Assembly: GCA_964620935.1 (NCBI GenBank)
Contig: CAZUHW010000004.1
Location: 14,362 to 78,361, forward strand
Length of the DNA stretch: 64,000 nucleotides
DNA from: an uncultured Dehalococcoidales bacterium
GTDB lineage: Bacteria > Chloroflexota > Dehalococcoidia > Lucifugimonadales > Lucifugimonadaceae
Direction of reading: 5' to 3'
Positions 1 through 10,547 of this stretch are shown here, one piece after another; the stretch's first letter is position 1, and each line of letters begins with the position of its first letter. The position numbers and the translations under genes were made by a program. The notes beneath the pieces are model-generated. The model was not told the origin of the DNA and ran no database searches. It saw only the letters and a program-made list of their open reading frames with translations.

Positions 1-902
1 AAAAGGTCACTCTATCTAATCTCGGCTGGATAAGAACTTACTGGAACAGCAATGAAGATAATCTCTTATTAGAAAATATAAATGATTCTATAGAAGAAAT
101 GGTTGATTTTAAATCAAATGGAGGACAGAGTTTAGTTGAAGTGACTCCTTTAGGTCCCACTAGAGTAACAGATCAACATAAGAAGCTTAAGCTAATAAGT
201 GAAAAGACAGGAGTTAACATAATTATGGGGACAGGTTTTTATGTAGATAATTCGCTTCCTGATTACTTCAATAACAAATCTACAGAAGAGCTTGCCTTAA
301 TAATCATAGAAGATATCTTAAAAGGCAATTCTGGAATTCACTCGGGAATTATTGGAGAAGTTGGTTGCAGTTTCCCTTTGACTGATAATGAAAGGAAAAG
401 TTTAAAATCTGCAATTCTTGCCCAAAAAGAAACAGGGGCTGCAATTTTAATTCACCCAGGAAGGCATGAATCTTCACCTTTAGAAATAATTGATTTCATT
501 CAATCTAATGGAGGGACTATAGAAAGGACAATAATGGGTCATATAGAAAGGACAATATATGATTACGATACATTGGAGTCATTAGCTAAAACAGGGGCGT
601 ATTTAAATTTTGATCAACTAGGAATTGAATCATCTTATTACCCCTTAAACCCAAAAAGTTATATGCCTAGCGATCGTCAAAAAATAGAATTTATTAAGGC
701 TATTTCTGACGCCGGCTTTAATGACAAATTACTATTAGGTCATGATATTTATTCAAAAAATAGATTAAAAAAATATGGGGGGCATGGCTATAGCCATACT
801 TTCGAAAGTCTTTTGGATAGGATGGAATCTATAGGGATAAAGAAAGAAAAAATTAATGAAATTATTATTGAAAACCCCAAAAAAATATTAGCTTTTGGAT
901 AA
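1..902 (+). CDS. phosphotriesterase-related (PTER/YhfV-like) amidohydrolase, N-terminus outside window
   Basis: ORF track gives 99..902, but the same frame has no stop back to base 3, so the gene starts upstream. Motifs GIIGEVG, ILIHPGRHE and LLLGHDI resemble the phosphotriesterase family. Confidence 0.6.
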   Translation, partial: KVTLSNLGWIRTYWNSNEDNLLLENINDSIEEMVDFKSNGGQSLVEVTPLGPTRVTDQHKKLKLISEKTGVNIIMGTGFYVDNSLPDYFNNKSTEELALIIIEDILKGNSGIHSGIIGEVGCSFPLTDNERKSLKSAILAQKETGAAILIHPGRHESSPLEIIDFIQSNGGTIERTIMGHIERTIYDYDTLESLAKTGAYLNFDQLGIESSYYPLNPKSYMPSDRQKIEFIKAISDAGFNDKLLLGHDIYSKNRLKKYGGHGYSHTFESLLDRMESIGIKKEKINEIIIENPKKILAFG

Positions 903-909
903 GATTGTT

Positions 910-1752
910 ATGAAGTCAACCTATTTAGCTACCATTCTTTCATTAATAATATTAACTATCTCATGTTCTAATAATTCAGAATTAACTGATAATAATTTAT
1001 CAGTCATGGTGATTTCTTCTGACCATTCATTAGGCAATAATAAATTTAGATTCGCTTTATTAGACCAAAAAGGAAAGTTGGTAGAGGAAAAACTCAAAGA
1101 AGTAACAATCAAAAACTTAAATTCAAATGAATTGCAAAAAATCGACCCAATTTATGAAGAATGGTTTTCAGGAAAAGGAGCATATTACTCAGAAACAATT
1201 TTCAATGAATTTGGAAACTTCGAAGTTAAAGCTATCAGAAATAACAATTCTTTTGGGACAGCACTTTTTCAGGTAAACAAAGAATCTTTAACTCCAAAAA
1301 TAGGATCATCTCCTCCCCTAGTAAATACCAAGACAGCTAATGGTTTGGAAGATATAAAATATATTTCATCTGATCCAGATCCCAATATAAATTTTTATAG
1401 CATAAATTACATAGATGCAATTAAAAATGAATTGCCAACTATCATTATTTTTTCTACTCCAGCATTATGCGTATCGGGGACTTGCGGACCATTATTAGAT
1501 CACGTAAAAGAGATATCAACTGACTATCCTAACTGCAATTATATACACGTAGAGGTATACGAAAATTTTATTGGAAAGAATTTAAATGATATAGATTCAT
1601 TAACAGTTACGGAGCCAACTAAATTATGGGGATTGCCTACAGAGCCATGGATATTTTTCATAGATAAAGAAGGAATATTGAAATATAAATTAGAAGGTTT
1701 TGCTAAATACCAAGAACTACTCAAATTAACTAAAGATATAATTTTAAATTAA
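910..1752 (+). CDS. lipoprotein with thioredoxin-like C-terminal region (hypothetical)
   Basis: ORF 895..1752. The ATG at 910 gives MKSTYLATILSLIILTISC, a signal peptide with a lipobox Cys. The C-terminal segment IIIFSTPALCVSGTCGPLLDH looks thioredoxin-fold-like. Confidence 0.5.
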   Translation: MKSTYLATILSLIILTISCSNNSELTDNNLSVMVISSDHSLGNNKFRFALLDQKGKLVEEKLKEVTIKNLNSNELQKIDPIYEEWFSGKGAYYSETIFNEFGNFEVKAIRNNNSFGTALFQVNKESLTPKIGSSPPLVNTKTANGLEDIKYISSDPDPNINFYSINYIDAIKNELPTIIIFSTPALCVSGTCGPLLDHVKEISTDYPNCNYIHVEVYENFIGKNLNDIDSLTVTEPTKLWGLPTEPWIFFIDKEGILKYKLEGFAKYQELLKLTKDIILN

Positions 1753-2522
1753 TTATTTTTCGTTTCTTCATATAATGCTTTTGCTTCTGAATAAAATAAA
1801 GGGATTTTAGGATCTTTGCTTATATCCATAGCTTCTTTAAAATTAACATTTGCTTCTCCTGCTCTCCCTTGATCAAGAAGAATATTTCCAATAAGTAAAT
1901 ATGCCTCTGCATTTTCATTTTCATTAATAAAATCATAAATCAAGCTTAAAGATTTATCAGGATTATTTAAATAAAATTCGTATTCAGCCTCAATAAGATT
2001 TGTTTTTATAGACTTAATACCCTCATTAGAAAAAATTTCATTTGCTTCTTTACTTTTACCTTCTATCTCAAAACATAAGCCCAACATTAAAATTAAAGGG
2101 CTATAGGAATAAGATTTATAATCTTTATTTTTTATAAACTTTGAACATTTATTTAATTTTTTATATATCAACCCACTTAGATATAAGGACTCTTCTAGGT
2201 CAGGTTTTAGACTCAAGGCTGAGTTGTTGTATTCTTTAGCTTCATCCAATTGGTTTGTTAAATATTTAACATTTGCTAGTCCCAAAAATCCTCTTGCAAA
2301 ATCAGGTTCTAATTCAATGACTTTTTTAAATCTGCTTTCTGCTGCACTAAGATTATTAATTTCAAGATATCTATGAGCTCTAACATAGTGGTACACACTA
2401 TCTATCTGACTCTCAGTATTTTTATTATCTAAGTTTTCTTCTAAAAAAACTTTTTCGGAAGATTCACTATTACAACTCAATAAAAAAATAATAAGTGCTG
2501 AAACCAATAACTTCTTTTTCAT
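1749..2522 (-). CDS. TPR-repeat lipoprotein
   Basis: N-terminus MKKKLLVSALIIFLLSC (lipobox). Repeated TPR-like A/L/Y/P patterns, e.g. AESRFKKVIELEPDFARGFLGLANV. Confidence 0.55.
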   Translation of the reverse strand: MKKKLLVSALIIFLLSCNSESSEKVFLEENLDNKNTESQIDSVYHYVRAHRYLEINNLSAAESRFKKVIELEPDFARGFLGLANVKYLTNQLDEAKEYNNSALSLKPDLEESLYLSGLIYKKLNKCSKFIKNKDYKSYSYSPLILMLGLCFEIEGKSKEANEIFSNEGIKSIKTNLIEAEYEFYLNNPDKSLSLIYDFINENENAEAYLLIGNILLDQGRAGEANVNFKEAMDISKDPKIPLFYSEAKALYEETKNN

Positions 2523-3484
2523 AATTTCGAAATTAATAATAATTCTAATTCAAGCTCTTGCTTAAAACTTTCAGTTTTACTTTTAATATCAAATTTTAAT
2601 AAAGCATTCTGAGTATTAATTAATCTTGAAAGATCTATTTTTTTTGCAGTGGAAAAAAGCTTGTCAAAATAATATTTACTCCTAATACCAGTAATTTTAG
2701 AAATTTCTTGGACTGATTTTTTTTCAATTATCAAATATTTAATTTGCAATACCTTGTGAATCTCTGAATTCATTAAGCCAATAATTTCATTTGATTGAAT
2801 TCCATTAGAAAATAAATTAGTAAGAATTTTAGAAATTTCATCAATTTTATTAGCAAAAAACATATCTAACAGATCGAATATTTTATAATTTCTTGAAAAA
2901 GAAACTAGTTTGTCAAAGTCATCATCAGATATCTGCTCTCCCTTTGAAAAGGTTGCTAGCTTTTTTAGTTCGTTATCGAGCAGAGAATAATCTTTATTTG
3001 ATTCATAAGTCATATACATTCTTTGATTATTACTTAAAATTAACTCTAAATCTTCTTCTCTTGATCTAATCCAATCAGTAATTTCTCTGGATCCACCTCT
3101 TCCAGAAGGCGTATTAACAGTTTCAATTTCACAATCTAGATCTAATATAACTTTCTTTCTCAAAAACGAATTTAATTCATTTTCATCGTTAAATTTTTCA
3201 ACAAAAAAAACAGAATTAGGAGATTCAGGGGGAATTATTTTAGTAAATAAATTATCCCAATTTCCTGTTTTTTCTTCATCAATTAGTCTTATTAAAAAAC
3301 CATCAATTATTTGAATTTTCTTTTCTTCAAACATAGAAAAAGATGACAAAGACACAGAGAGCTCATCTTTCGTAATAGATGTTCCTTCCATTCTCAATAC
3401 TTCACCTAAACTATTTTCTTTTATTCTTTTTAGCTTTTCTTCAATTAGAAAATGATTTGTGCCACAAATAACTTTAATTTCCAT
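2519..3484 (-). CDS. holA: DNA polymerase III delta subunit-like
   Basis: 321 aa, the right size for HolA, with a HolA-like N-terminal region (ICGTNHFLIEEKLKRIK). Weak similarity judged by eye only. Confidence 0.4.
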   Translation of the reverse strand: MEIKVICGTNHFLIEEKLKRIKENSLGEVLRMEGTSITKDELSVSLSSFSMFEEKKIQIIDGFLIRLIDEEKTGNWDNLFTKIIPPESPNSVFFVEKFNDENELNSFLRKKVILDLDCEIETVNTPSGRGGSREITDWIRSREEDLELILSNNQRMYMTYESNKDYSLLDNELKKLATFSKGEQISDDDFDKLVSFSRNYKIFDLLDMFFANKIDEISKILTNLFSNGIQSNEIIGLMNSEIHKVLQIKYLIIEKKSVQEISKITGIRSKYYFDKLFSTAKKIDLSRLINTQNALLKFDIKSKTESFKQELELELLLISKL

Positions 3485-3546
3485 AGTAATTTAATAATAT
3501 TTATATTAAATTCTAATATTAACCAATAACTTAGAAAATAACACAA

Positions 3547-4626
3547 ATGAACTTCTTAATTATGGGTTTGCCAAAAAGCGGCAAATCAGCTTTATTCAAT
3601 ACTTTAACTAAATCTGTAAGGCAAGATATCTATGCTGATATAAGAATTGGAACAGTAAAAGTGCCTGATGATAACTTAGATAAAGTCTCAGAATGGCATA
3701 AAACAGAAAAAAAAGTAAATGGAGAAATCGATATAACTGATCCAGCAACTAATTTAAACTTTGATTCATCAAGTGACTTCATTGAAAAAAAATATTTACA
3801 AGAAATTCAAAAATATGATGGGGTAATTTTATTAATAAGGTCTTTCAAAAATGATTCTGTTCCTCACCCTTATGGAGAAGTTAACCTTGAAAATGACTTA
3901 GAGCAATTCACAATTGAATCTAGACTTATAGATGTTCAGATAATAGAAAAGAGAATAGAAAATATTGAAAAAACATTTAAATCTCTGACCAAGCAAGAAA
4001 GAGAATCTAATGAAAAAAATATAGAAGTGCTTAAAGAGGTATCCAAATTAATTGAGCAAGGAGAACCTTATAATTCAGAATTGTATACTGAGGCTCATAA
4101 GTCAGCTATAGGCAGTTCATTCTTAATCGCAAAATCTCCAATGGTAGTAATTATAAATACAGATGAAAATCAAAGCATTCCTGAAGAAGAAATGAATAAA
4201 ATTGGATCTTTGATTAGAAAAGATTCTTCCTTAATTCAAGTGCCATTAAGCTTCGAAGAGGACATGGTATCTCTAAATGATGATGAGGTAAATGAATTTA
4301 GAGATGCTTCTGAAATAACCATAAATAATTTTGATGAGATTTTCAATAATTTATTAAAAGTTTCTAACTCAATTTGTTTTTTAACTGCAGGAAAAAAAGA
4401 ATGTAGATCTTGGATTGTTAAAAAAGAATCTAGTGCTGTTGATGCAGCAGGAAAAATACATAGTGATATTGCAAGAGGATTTGTTAGGGCTGAAGTAATA
4501 AATGTTGAAGATTTACTAAAATTTTCAAATGAGAGAGAAGCTAAAGAGAAAGGTTTAATTAGAGGGGAAGGTAAAAATTACATCATAAAAACAGGAGATG
4601 TAGTAAACTTTCTTTTTTCTGTATAG
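3547..4626 (+). CDS. ychF: YchF/OLA1-like ribosome-binding ATPase (divergent)
   Basis: P-loop GLPKSGKS. The C-terminal part AAGKIHSDIARGFVRAEVI...GEGKNYIIKTGDVVNFLFSV matches the YchF C-terminal domain pattern. Confidence 0.6.
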   Translation: MNFLIMGLPKSGKSALFNTLTKSVRQDIYADIRIGTVKVPDDNLDKVSEWHKTEKKVNGEIDITDPATNLNFDSSSDFIEKKYLQEIQKYDGVILLIRSFKNDSVPHPYGEVNLENDLEQFTIESRLIDVQIIEKRIENIEKTFKSLTKQERESNEKNIEVLKEVSKLIEQGEPYNSELYTEAHKSAIGSSFLIAKSPMVVIINTDENQSIPEEEMNKIGSLIRKDSSLIQVPLSFEEDMVSLNDDEVNEFRDASEITINNFDEIFNNLLKVSNSICFLTAGKKECRSWIVKKESSAVDAAGKIHSDIARGFVRAEVINVEDLLKFSNEREAKEKGLIRGEGKNYIIKTGDVVNFLFSV

Positions 4627-4641
4627 ATATAAAGGAGAACT

Positions 4642-5322
4642 ATGAGTGAAGAATTAGGAAAAATAACAAAGCCGTCTGCAGAGAATTCAGCTTTAAAAAG
4701 AAAATTATACTTAGTTCAAAATATCCAAAATTATTTTCCTGAAAACAAAGAATTTAAAGTTTTACTTGAAGAATACTGGTCTTCTATTTCAGATCAATTA
4801 GATAAATTAGAAAAAACTGCAGGGCTAATATCATATATACACATAGAAGGAATGTGGCAAGAATTTGATGATGCATCAAAAGCTATTTCTGAATCAAATC
4901 CAGATTGTATTAATATAGTAAAAGAAAGAGTAAAATCTGGATCTAAATATAAGGCCATAGAAGATGAAGCAATATATAAAACACTAATTGACTGGACCAG
5001 GATTGCACAACTAGGTTTTATTAGCGAAGACGTAAAGAAAATTGTTGAGGAAAATTATTCATTGGTTGCTACTAAAAGAGAAGAATCTATATCTGCAAAA
5101 ATAAATGAATTAAAAGAGAGCGAAGCAGCTTTATTTATAATATCTTCAGGAGGACATAAATATGCTGAAGACATTGAGATGTTTAACATAATACCTCCTA
5201 CATTAGACAAAATGAATAGATGGATTCAAGAAAATCAAGAATCTCTTGCAGCTCAAGAACAGGAACAAAAAGCATCTAATAATGAAGACTCACAAGAAAA
5301 ATCAGACCTCTGGACACCATAA
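4642..5322 (+). CDS. hypothetical protein, acidic C-terminus
   Basis: 226-aa ORF preceded by AAGGAGA 6 nt upstream. No family recognised. Confidence 0.5.
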   Translation: MSEELGKITKPSAENSALKRKLYLVQNIQNYFPENKEFKVLLEEYWSSISDQLDKLEKTAGLISYIHIEGMWQEFDDASKAISESNPDCINIVKERVKSGSKYKAIEDEAIYKTLIDWTRIAQLGFISEDVKKIVEENYSLVATKREESISAKINELKESEAALFIISSGGHKYAEDIEMFNIIPPTLDKMNRWIQENQESLAAQEQEQKASNNEDSQEKSDLWTP

Positions 5323-6475
5323 AGATCTTTCAATATATATACATATTCCTTTCTGTGAAATAATTTGCCCTTATTGCGATTTCAATAAATATTCAAAAGT
5401 TGATGATCTAATACCTAATTTCATCCAATCATTAATCAGTGAAATTCAAAGAAATTCAAAGAAATTTGCCAGTTCAAAAATTGTTTCTATTTCATTAGGA
5501 GGGGGCACCCCCTCTTATATAAATAATAAAGACTTAATGGCAATATTTAATTCCCTAAAAAACAATTATCTCATTGATAATAAATTTGAATTTTCTATCG
5601 AAGTTAATCCTGCTGATATAAGTAATTCTAGACTAGAACTTTATGAAAAAATTGGAATAAATAGGGTAAGTGTTGGAGGTCAAAGTTTTAATAAAAATGT
5701 TTTGAGTAAATTAGGAAGAAACCATGATGTGGAAACATTAAAAAAATCATTAGATTTATTATCAGGTAGCTATATAAATAACATTAATTTAGATTTGATT
5801 TTTGGGGTTCCTGGCCAGACGCTTGCGCAATGGGAAGAATCAATAAAAATGTTTCTTAATTATTCTTTTCCCCATCTATCTACTTATTTATTAACTTTTG
5901 AACCAAAAACAAAATTTTTCAGAGATCTTAATCTAAAGAAAATAATTGAACCAAAAGAAAATATAATAATTGAAATGTTTAATCTGGCCATAGAATTGCT
6001 AAATAATAATAATTATCACCAATATGAAATTTCAAATTGGGCTAAAACAGGAAGTGAATCTATACACAACTTAAGATATTGGAATTCGAACAATTATTTA
6101 GGATTTGGCCCAGGAGCATCTTCTTTAATAAATGGCACAAGAATGAAAAATATATCATCATTAAAAAAATATATTTATTTATCAAAAAATATAGATAATC
6201 AAAATGAATTATATAGTGAAGTAAATACAATAACCGAAGAAGAAAAAATGATTGAATACATTATGCTAAATCTACGGATGCATATGGGAATTAATCATAA
6301 ACATTTTGAGAAAATTTTTGGCAAGGTTTTTACACATATATTTAAAAGCTTAATAAATGAATTAAATAATGGCCTACTAATTGAGTCTGACTTAAAAACT
6401 ACATCTTTAACTAATAAGGGGAAGTTAGTAAGTGATTACATCTTCACTAAATTTACAGAAGAAATTGGTTCATAG
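5282..6475 (+). CDS. hemW: radical SAM heme chaperone / coproporphyrinogen III oxidase-like (HemW/HemN family)
   Basis: Radical SAM motif IHIPFCEIICPYCDF (CxxxCxxC) and a C-terminal HemN_C-like region. The start is uncertain: the ORF opens at 5246 and I chose the ATG at 5282. It overlaps the previous gene. Confidence 0.7.
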   Translation: MKTHKKNQTSGHHKDLSIYIHIPFCEIICPYCDFNKYSKVDDLIPNFIQSLISEIQRNSKKFASSKIVSISLGGGTPSYINNKDLMAIFNSLKNNYLIDNKFEFSIEVNPADISNSRLELYEKIGINRVSVGGQSFNKNVLSKLGRNHDVETLKKSLDLLSGSYINNINLDLIFGVPGQTLAQWEESIKMFLNYSFPHLSTYLLTFEPKTKFFRDLNLKKIIEPKENIIIEMFNLAIELLNNNNYHQYEISNWAKTGSESIHNLRYWNSNNYLGFGPGASSLINGTRMKNISSLKKYIYLSKNIDNQNELYSEVNTITEEEKMIEYIMLNLRMHMGINHKHFEKIFGKVFTHIFKSLINELNNGLLIESDLKTTSLTNKGKLVSDYIFTKFTEEIGS

Positions 6476-7387
6476 ATTTTTATCTCTGAACCCTTGTTCC
6501 CAAAAAACTAAAAATTGAGATGCAACAAATATAGAGCTATATGTACCTACGACCACTCCTAGGACCAAAACTACTAAGAAATCCCTTAAAGTAGAACCTC
6601 CTAAAAGTAGCATAGATAGCAACACCAATAGAGTAGTTATGCTAGTACCTAAAGATCTTGTTATTGATTCATTAATAGATCTATTAATATTTTGAGGCAG
6701 AGTAGAGCTTGAAAACTTTAAATTATTTTCTCTTATCCTGTCAAAAATAACTATTGTGTCATTGACGCTGTAACCTATTACGGTAAGTATAGCTACAATA
6801 AAAACTGAGTTAACCTGCAAGCCAAAAATATGTCCTAATAAAGCATAAAGGCCAGTAACTAAAATAACATCATGAATTAATGTAAAAACTGCTGAAAGTG
6901 CAAATCTAATTGAATTCTCAAGCTTTCTGAATGCATATAGAATATATATCATTACAAATAGGGAAGAAACAGTAATTGCTATTATGGAATTCCTTATGGT
7001 ACCTTCAGCAACCTTGGCTCCAACTGTTTCAACCTCTAAAATTCTATATTGATCGTCTATCTTCTTTAAAGATTTTTCAACATCCTCTCTTGATACAGAT
7101 GAGGAATCGCTTGAACTACTGAAATCTGACAATCTTTCTGTTCTAATAAAAAATGTGTCATCGCCTAAAGATTGAGTGTTAGTTGAATTTAGCCCTAAAC
7201 TATTGAATTCATTTTGTATTTGCTCTGTATTAATTTTCTTTTCAAAACTTACTGTAATTCCAGTTCCAGATAGAAAATCTATTCCTAAATTTAAATTAGG
7301 AGGTATAGCCAATGAAATTAAACCAATAATAAAAATTACTAATGAAAATCCTAAAAACCAAATTCTTTTTCCTACTACATCTATCAT
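6470..7387 (-). CDS. secF: protein translocase subunit SecF
   Basis: 305-aa multi-TM protein with the SecF pattern (GIDFLSGT, DTIVIFDRIREN), directly downstream of secD. Confidence 0.85.
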   Translation of the reverse strand: MIDVVGKRIWFLGFSLVIFIIGLISLAIPPNLNLGIDFLSGTGITVSFEKKINTEQIQNEFNSLGLNSTNTQSLGDDTFFIRTERLSDFSSSSDSSSVSREDVEKSLKKIDDQYRILEVETVGAKVAEGTIRNSIIAITVSSLFVMIYILYAFRKLENSIRFALSAVFTLIHDVILVTGLYALLGHIFGLQVNSVFIVAILTVIGYSVNDTIVIFDRIRENNLKFSSSTLPQNINRSINESITRSLGTSITTLLVLLSMLLLGGSTLRDFLVVLVLGVVVGTYSSIFVASQFLVFWEQGFRDKNL

Positions 7388-7388
7388 T

Positions 7389-9320
7389 CTAATCTTTCTT
7401 TTCGAATAATTTTCCTACAGGATCATAGAAATTTAACTTTTCTCCTATAGCTGTTTTAGATACGAGCCTCATCAATAATCTGCTTACAGTAAAAGCAGTA
7501 AACATACTTATTATTACTCCTATGCCAAGGGTAAGTGCAAAGCCTTGTATAACGCTTGTGGTAAATCTATCACCAAACCAATATAAAACTATACAAATTA
7601 TAATAGTAGATACATTACTATCACGAATTGAAGGCCATGCCCTACTAAAACCTTCATTTATAGAAGAAAAAATATTTCTACCTGACCTGATTTCTTCTTT
7701 AGTTCTTTCTGAAATTAATATATTTGCATCTACAGCCACTCCAATAGATAAAATAACAGCCGCTGCACCTGATAAAGTTAATGAAACAGGCACTAATTTA
7801 AAAACTGCAAACAATAAGGTTGCGTAAAAAATTAATGATAATGATGCAATAACACCAGGTACTCTGTAATAACTAATCATAAAAATTAATACTAAAATCA
7901 AACCTGAGCCACCTGCTATTAGACTTTTCTTTAACGAATCAGATCCCAGCGATGCGTCTACATTTCTTTCCTGAATCAAATTAAGACCAACTGGCAAAGC
8001 TCCAGATTTTAATTGAATCGCAATTGTCTTTACGCTTTCGCTGTCAAAAGTTGGTCCTTGTATATATGCTCTCCCTCCAGTAATTCCTGAGCTTGCACTT
8101 GGCGCAACTAGAGGCTCTCCATCTAAAAATATAGCTAACAAATCTTGATTTTTTGCTACCCTACTTGTTATATCAAAAAATTCATCTGCTCCATCCTCAT
8201 CAAAAACAATAGAAACTACTGGTCGTGCAATTCCAGGCTGAACATCTGGGAATGCATCTACTAAATCTCCCCCGGATAATGCAACCGCCTTGTCTTCATA
8301 ATAAGTAGGTATAATACACCTTAATTGCAACCATTCTTCCTTGTTTAAATTATCAGGAGGCCATTCCTCTTCATTATTTTCATTTTCAATAGGCAGGCAG
8401 TCCCTTTCTTTAAATTCTAGCTGAGCAGTTTCTCCTATTAATTTCTTTGCTTCTTCAACTCCTCCTGTAATTTTCCAAGAAGATACTCCTCCTGCAATAG
8501 ATGCTTGAAACAAAGTTCCAATTTCTTCAAAAGGTTTTGCTAGCAGAGAAGTTTCAGCTTGATCTAAGAATCTATAGTTCACATCGCCTGATCTAGGCAC
8601 ATAATCAGGGAAGATTATTCTAAAAACTCCTTGAGACAAATCTTCTACAATATAATCTGATTCCTCTGTTAGTGATGCGGCTGCTTCCATTTGATCTAAT
8701 GTAGGCAAATCAATAGGCTGATTTTGATCATCTAATGAAGTATAGGCTAGCAACATAGCTAAAGGAAATGATTTATCAAGCTCATGCAATAATAATAAGG
8801 GGTCATTTTCCCCGTCATTTCTTTTTATCCTAGGTCCGCTAATTGCAAATCTTCCATCTGCCTCTTCAATCTGAGAAACTTTTAATTCCTCATAACCCAA
8901 ATTTAAAATTATATCTTTTAACTCTTTTTCTGAGGCTTGCCCTGCTATTGTAATAGATATGTTTACCTGCTGAAGCCCCGGCAATTGAACTAATATTTTA
9001 GTAGGAACTCCTGTTCCAGACCCAATTAACTGAACAGAAGATTCTGATATCCCAAAAGAGTTGACTCTCTTCTCTAATATTCTCCTAGCACCTTCCATGT
9101 CATCAGAAGTTAATTCAGAGCCTTCTTTTGGCTCGGCTTCATATACTAAATGTGTTCCGCCTTTTAAATCTAATCCTAAAGTCAGACCAAGAAATGTTTC
9201 TGAATCACCTCTATTAAAATTTAATCCAGGTAAATCTACATCTATAACTTTAAATGAGATAGAAAGCACAGCAATTAAAAATATAATTGATGCAAAAACT
9301 ATTGTTCTTATCTTAATCAT
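7389..9320 (-). CDS. secD: protein translocase subunit SecD
   Basis: 643 aa. Motifs LGLDLKGGTHLVYE, a large periplasmic domain, and a C-terminal SecD/F TM bundle (GVAVDANILISERTKEE). Confidence 0.85.
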   Translation of the reverse strand: MIKIRTIVFASIIFLIAVLSISFKVIDVDLPGLNFNRGDSETFLGLTLGLDLKGGTHLVYEAEPKEGSELTSDDMEGARRILEKRVNSFGISESSVQLIGSGTGVPTKILVQLPGLQQVNISITIAGQASEKELKDIILNLGYEELKVSQIEEADGRFAISGPRIKRNDGENDPLLLLHELDKSFPLAMLLAYTSLDDQNQPIDLPTLDQMEAAASLTEESDYIVEDLSQGVFRIIFPDYVPRSGDVNYRFLDQAETSLLAKPFEEIGTLFQASIAGGVSSWKITGGVEEAKKLIGETAQLEFKERDCLPIENENNEEEWPPDNLNKEEWLQLRCIIPTYYEDKAVALSGGDLVDAFPDVQPGIARPVVSIVFDEDGADEFFDITSRVAKNQDLLAIFLDGEPLVAPSASSGITGGRAYIQGPTFDSESVKTIAIQLKSGALPVGLNLIQERNVDASLGSDSLKKSLIAGGSGLILVLIFMISYYRVPGVIASLSLIFYATLLFAVFKLVPVSLTLSGAAAVILSIGVAVDANILISERTKEEIRSGRNIFSSINEGFSRAWPSIRDSNVSTIIICIVLYWFGDRFTTSVIQGFALTLGIGVIISMFTAFTVSRLLMRLVSKTAIGEKLNFYDPVGKLFEKKD

Positions 9321-9945
9321 TTGCTTGCTCTACATCCTTAAGTATGTCTGCTCTATCTAGGGCCAATTTAAGATCGTCTATTCCGATCTTAGTATATAAT
9401 TTTTTATTAAATTCAGATTGATTATCCTGAACTTTTACAGAAACATTAATATCGTGGCTATGAGGCCTATATTCAGGGTTTACAGCAGATAGTTTCTCAT
9501 GCTCTCTTAAATGATCTACGAATAAAATTCCATTCAAATGATCAATTTCATGTTCCAATGCCTGAGATAATAACTCATCTGCAGTAATTTTTACTTTCCC
9601 TCCACTTTCATCCATATATCTTGCAGACACAGATATAGATCTTGTAACTATTCCTGAGTAACCAGGGAAACTAAGACATCCTTCAGTTACAGCCCTTTTC
9701 CCCTTTCTGTTAGTAATCTCAGGATTTATATATGCAATAATATCGCTTTCTGGAGAATCTGAAATTACTATGACTCTTTTTAATACACCAACCTGATTAG
9801 CAGCTAATCCTACACCTGAAGCTTCAGTTAAAGTATCTTTCATGTCTTTAATCAAATTCATAATCTCATTATCAATTTTCTTAACTGGCTCAGCTCTTTT
9901 TCTTAATAGGCTATTAGGAAAAGTCAGAACAGGACGAATTGACAT
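9313..9945 (-). CDS. def: peptide deformylase with about 45-60 aa C-terminal extension
   Basis: All three Def motifs are present: GVGLAANQVG, EGCLSFPG and HEIDHLNG. Confidence 0.9.
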   Translation of the reverse strand: MSIRPVLTFPNSLLRKRAEPVKKIDNEIMNLIKDMKDTLTEASGVGLAANQVGVLKRVIVISDSPESDIIAYINPEITNRKGKRAVTEGCLSFPGYSGIVTRSISVSARYMDESGGKVKITADELLSQALEHEIDHLNGILFVDHLREHEKLSAVNPEYRPHSHDINVSVKVQDNQSEFNKKLYTKIGIDDLKLALDRADILKDVEQAND

Positions 9946-9948
9946 CTC

Positions 9949-10443
9949 CTAGATTCTTCTTTCTTTAATTCTTGCGCTCTTACCAGATCTTTCTCTCATA
10001 TAAAAAATTCTTGCTTGCTTAACTTTACCTCTCCTATTAAGTTTTATAGATTCAATGGAAGGGGAAAAGTATGGAAAAATTCTTTCTACTCCTACCCCAC
10101 TGGCAATCCTTCTAACTAAAAAAGTGGATGAAATTTGTGGAGGGCTATTTTTAATAAATCTGCCCTTAATCACATCACCTTGAAATGCCTGTGTTCGCTG
10201 CCTGTCTCCTTCAATAATCTTCAAGTTTACAGTTACATTATCACCTGGCCTAAACTCATCAAATCCAAGTTCAGTTACTTTAGGGGCTTCTTCAGCTACA
10301 GGAGTTTCTTCTTTAGCTTCTTCTTCTTTAGCTTCTTCAGCTACAGGAGTTTCTTCTTTAGCTTCTTCTTCTTTAGCTTCTTCAGCTACAGGAGTTTCTT
10401 CTTTAGCTTCTTCTTCTTCTTTTTTATTATCTTGATCTAGCAT
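9949..10443 (-). CDS. rplS: 50S ribosomal protein L19 with repetitive acidic N-terminal extension
   Basis: L19 core FRPGDNVTVNLKIIEGDRQRTQAFQGDVI...RRGKVKQARIFYMR, in the conserved trmD-rplS order. The N-terminal ~55 aa is made of EEAKEETPVAEEAKE repeats. Confidence 0.85.
   Translation of the reverse strand: MLDQDNKKEEEEAKEETPVAEEAKEEEAKEETPVAEEAKEEEAKEETPVAEEAPKVTELGFDEFRPGDNVTVNLKIIEGDRQRTQAFQGDVIKGRFIKNSPPQISSTFLVRRIASGVGVERIFPYFSPSIESIKLNRRGKVKQARIFYMRERSGKSARIKERRI
10286..10420. repeat. 3 x 45-bp perfect in-frame tandem repeat inside rplS
   Basis: The unit GCTTCTTCAGCTACAGGAGTTTCTTCTTTAGCTTCTTCTTCTTTA occurs at 10286-10330, 10331-10375 and 10376-about 10418. The copies were aligned by hand. 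Confidence 0.9.
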
Positions 10444-10547
10444 ATTTATATTTGATTGTGTTAGAAATAACCTGACTATTCTATATCTATAAGCCCTCTT
10501 TTATCAATATATTTTTATTAATTAGAATTTAGAAAACAAAATGAGCA

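Noticed and set aside
10135-10440. 101-aa plus-strand ORF (FFSF-rich) opposite rplS
   Set aside because: It is a mirror-image shadow of the rplS acidic repeat. It has low-complexity composition and no start context.
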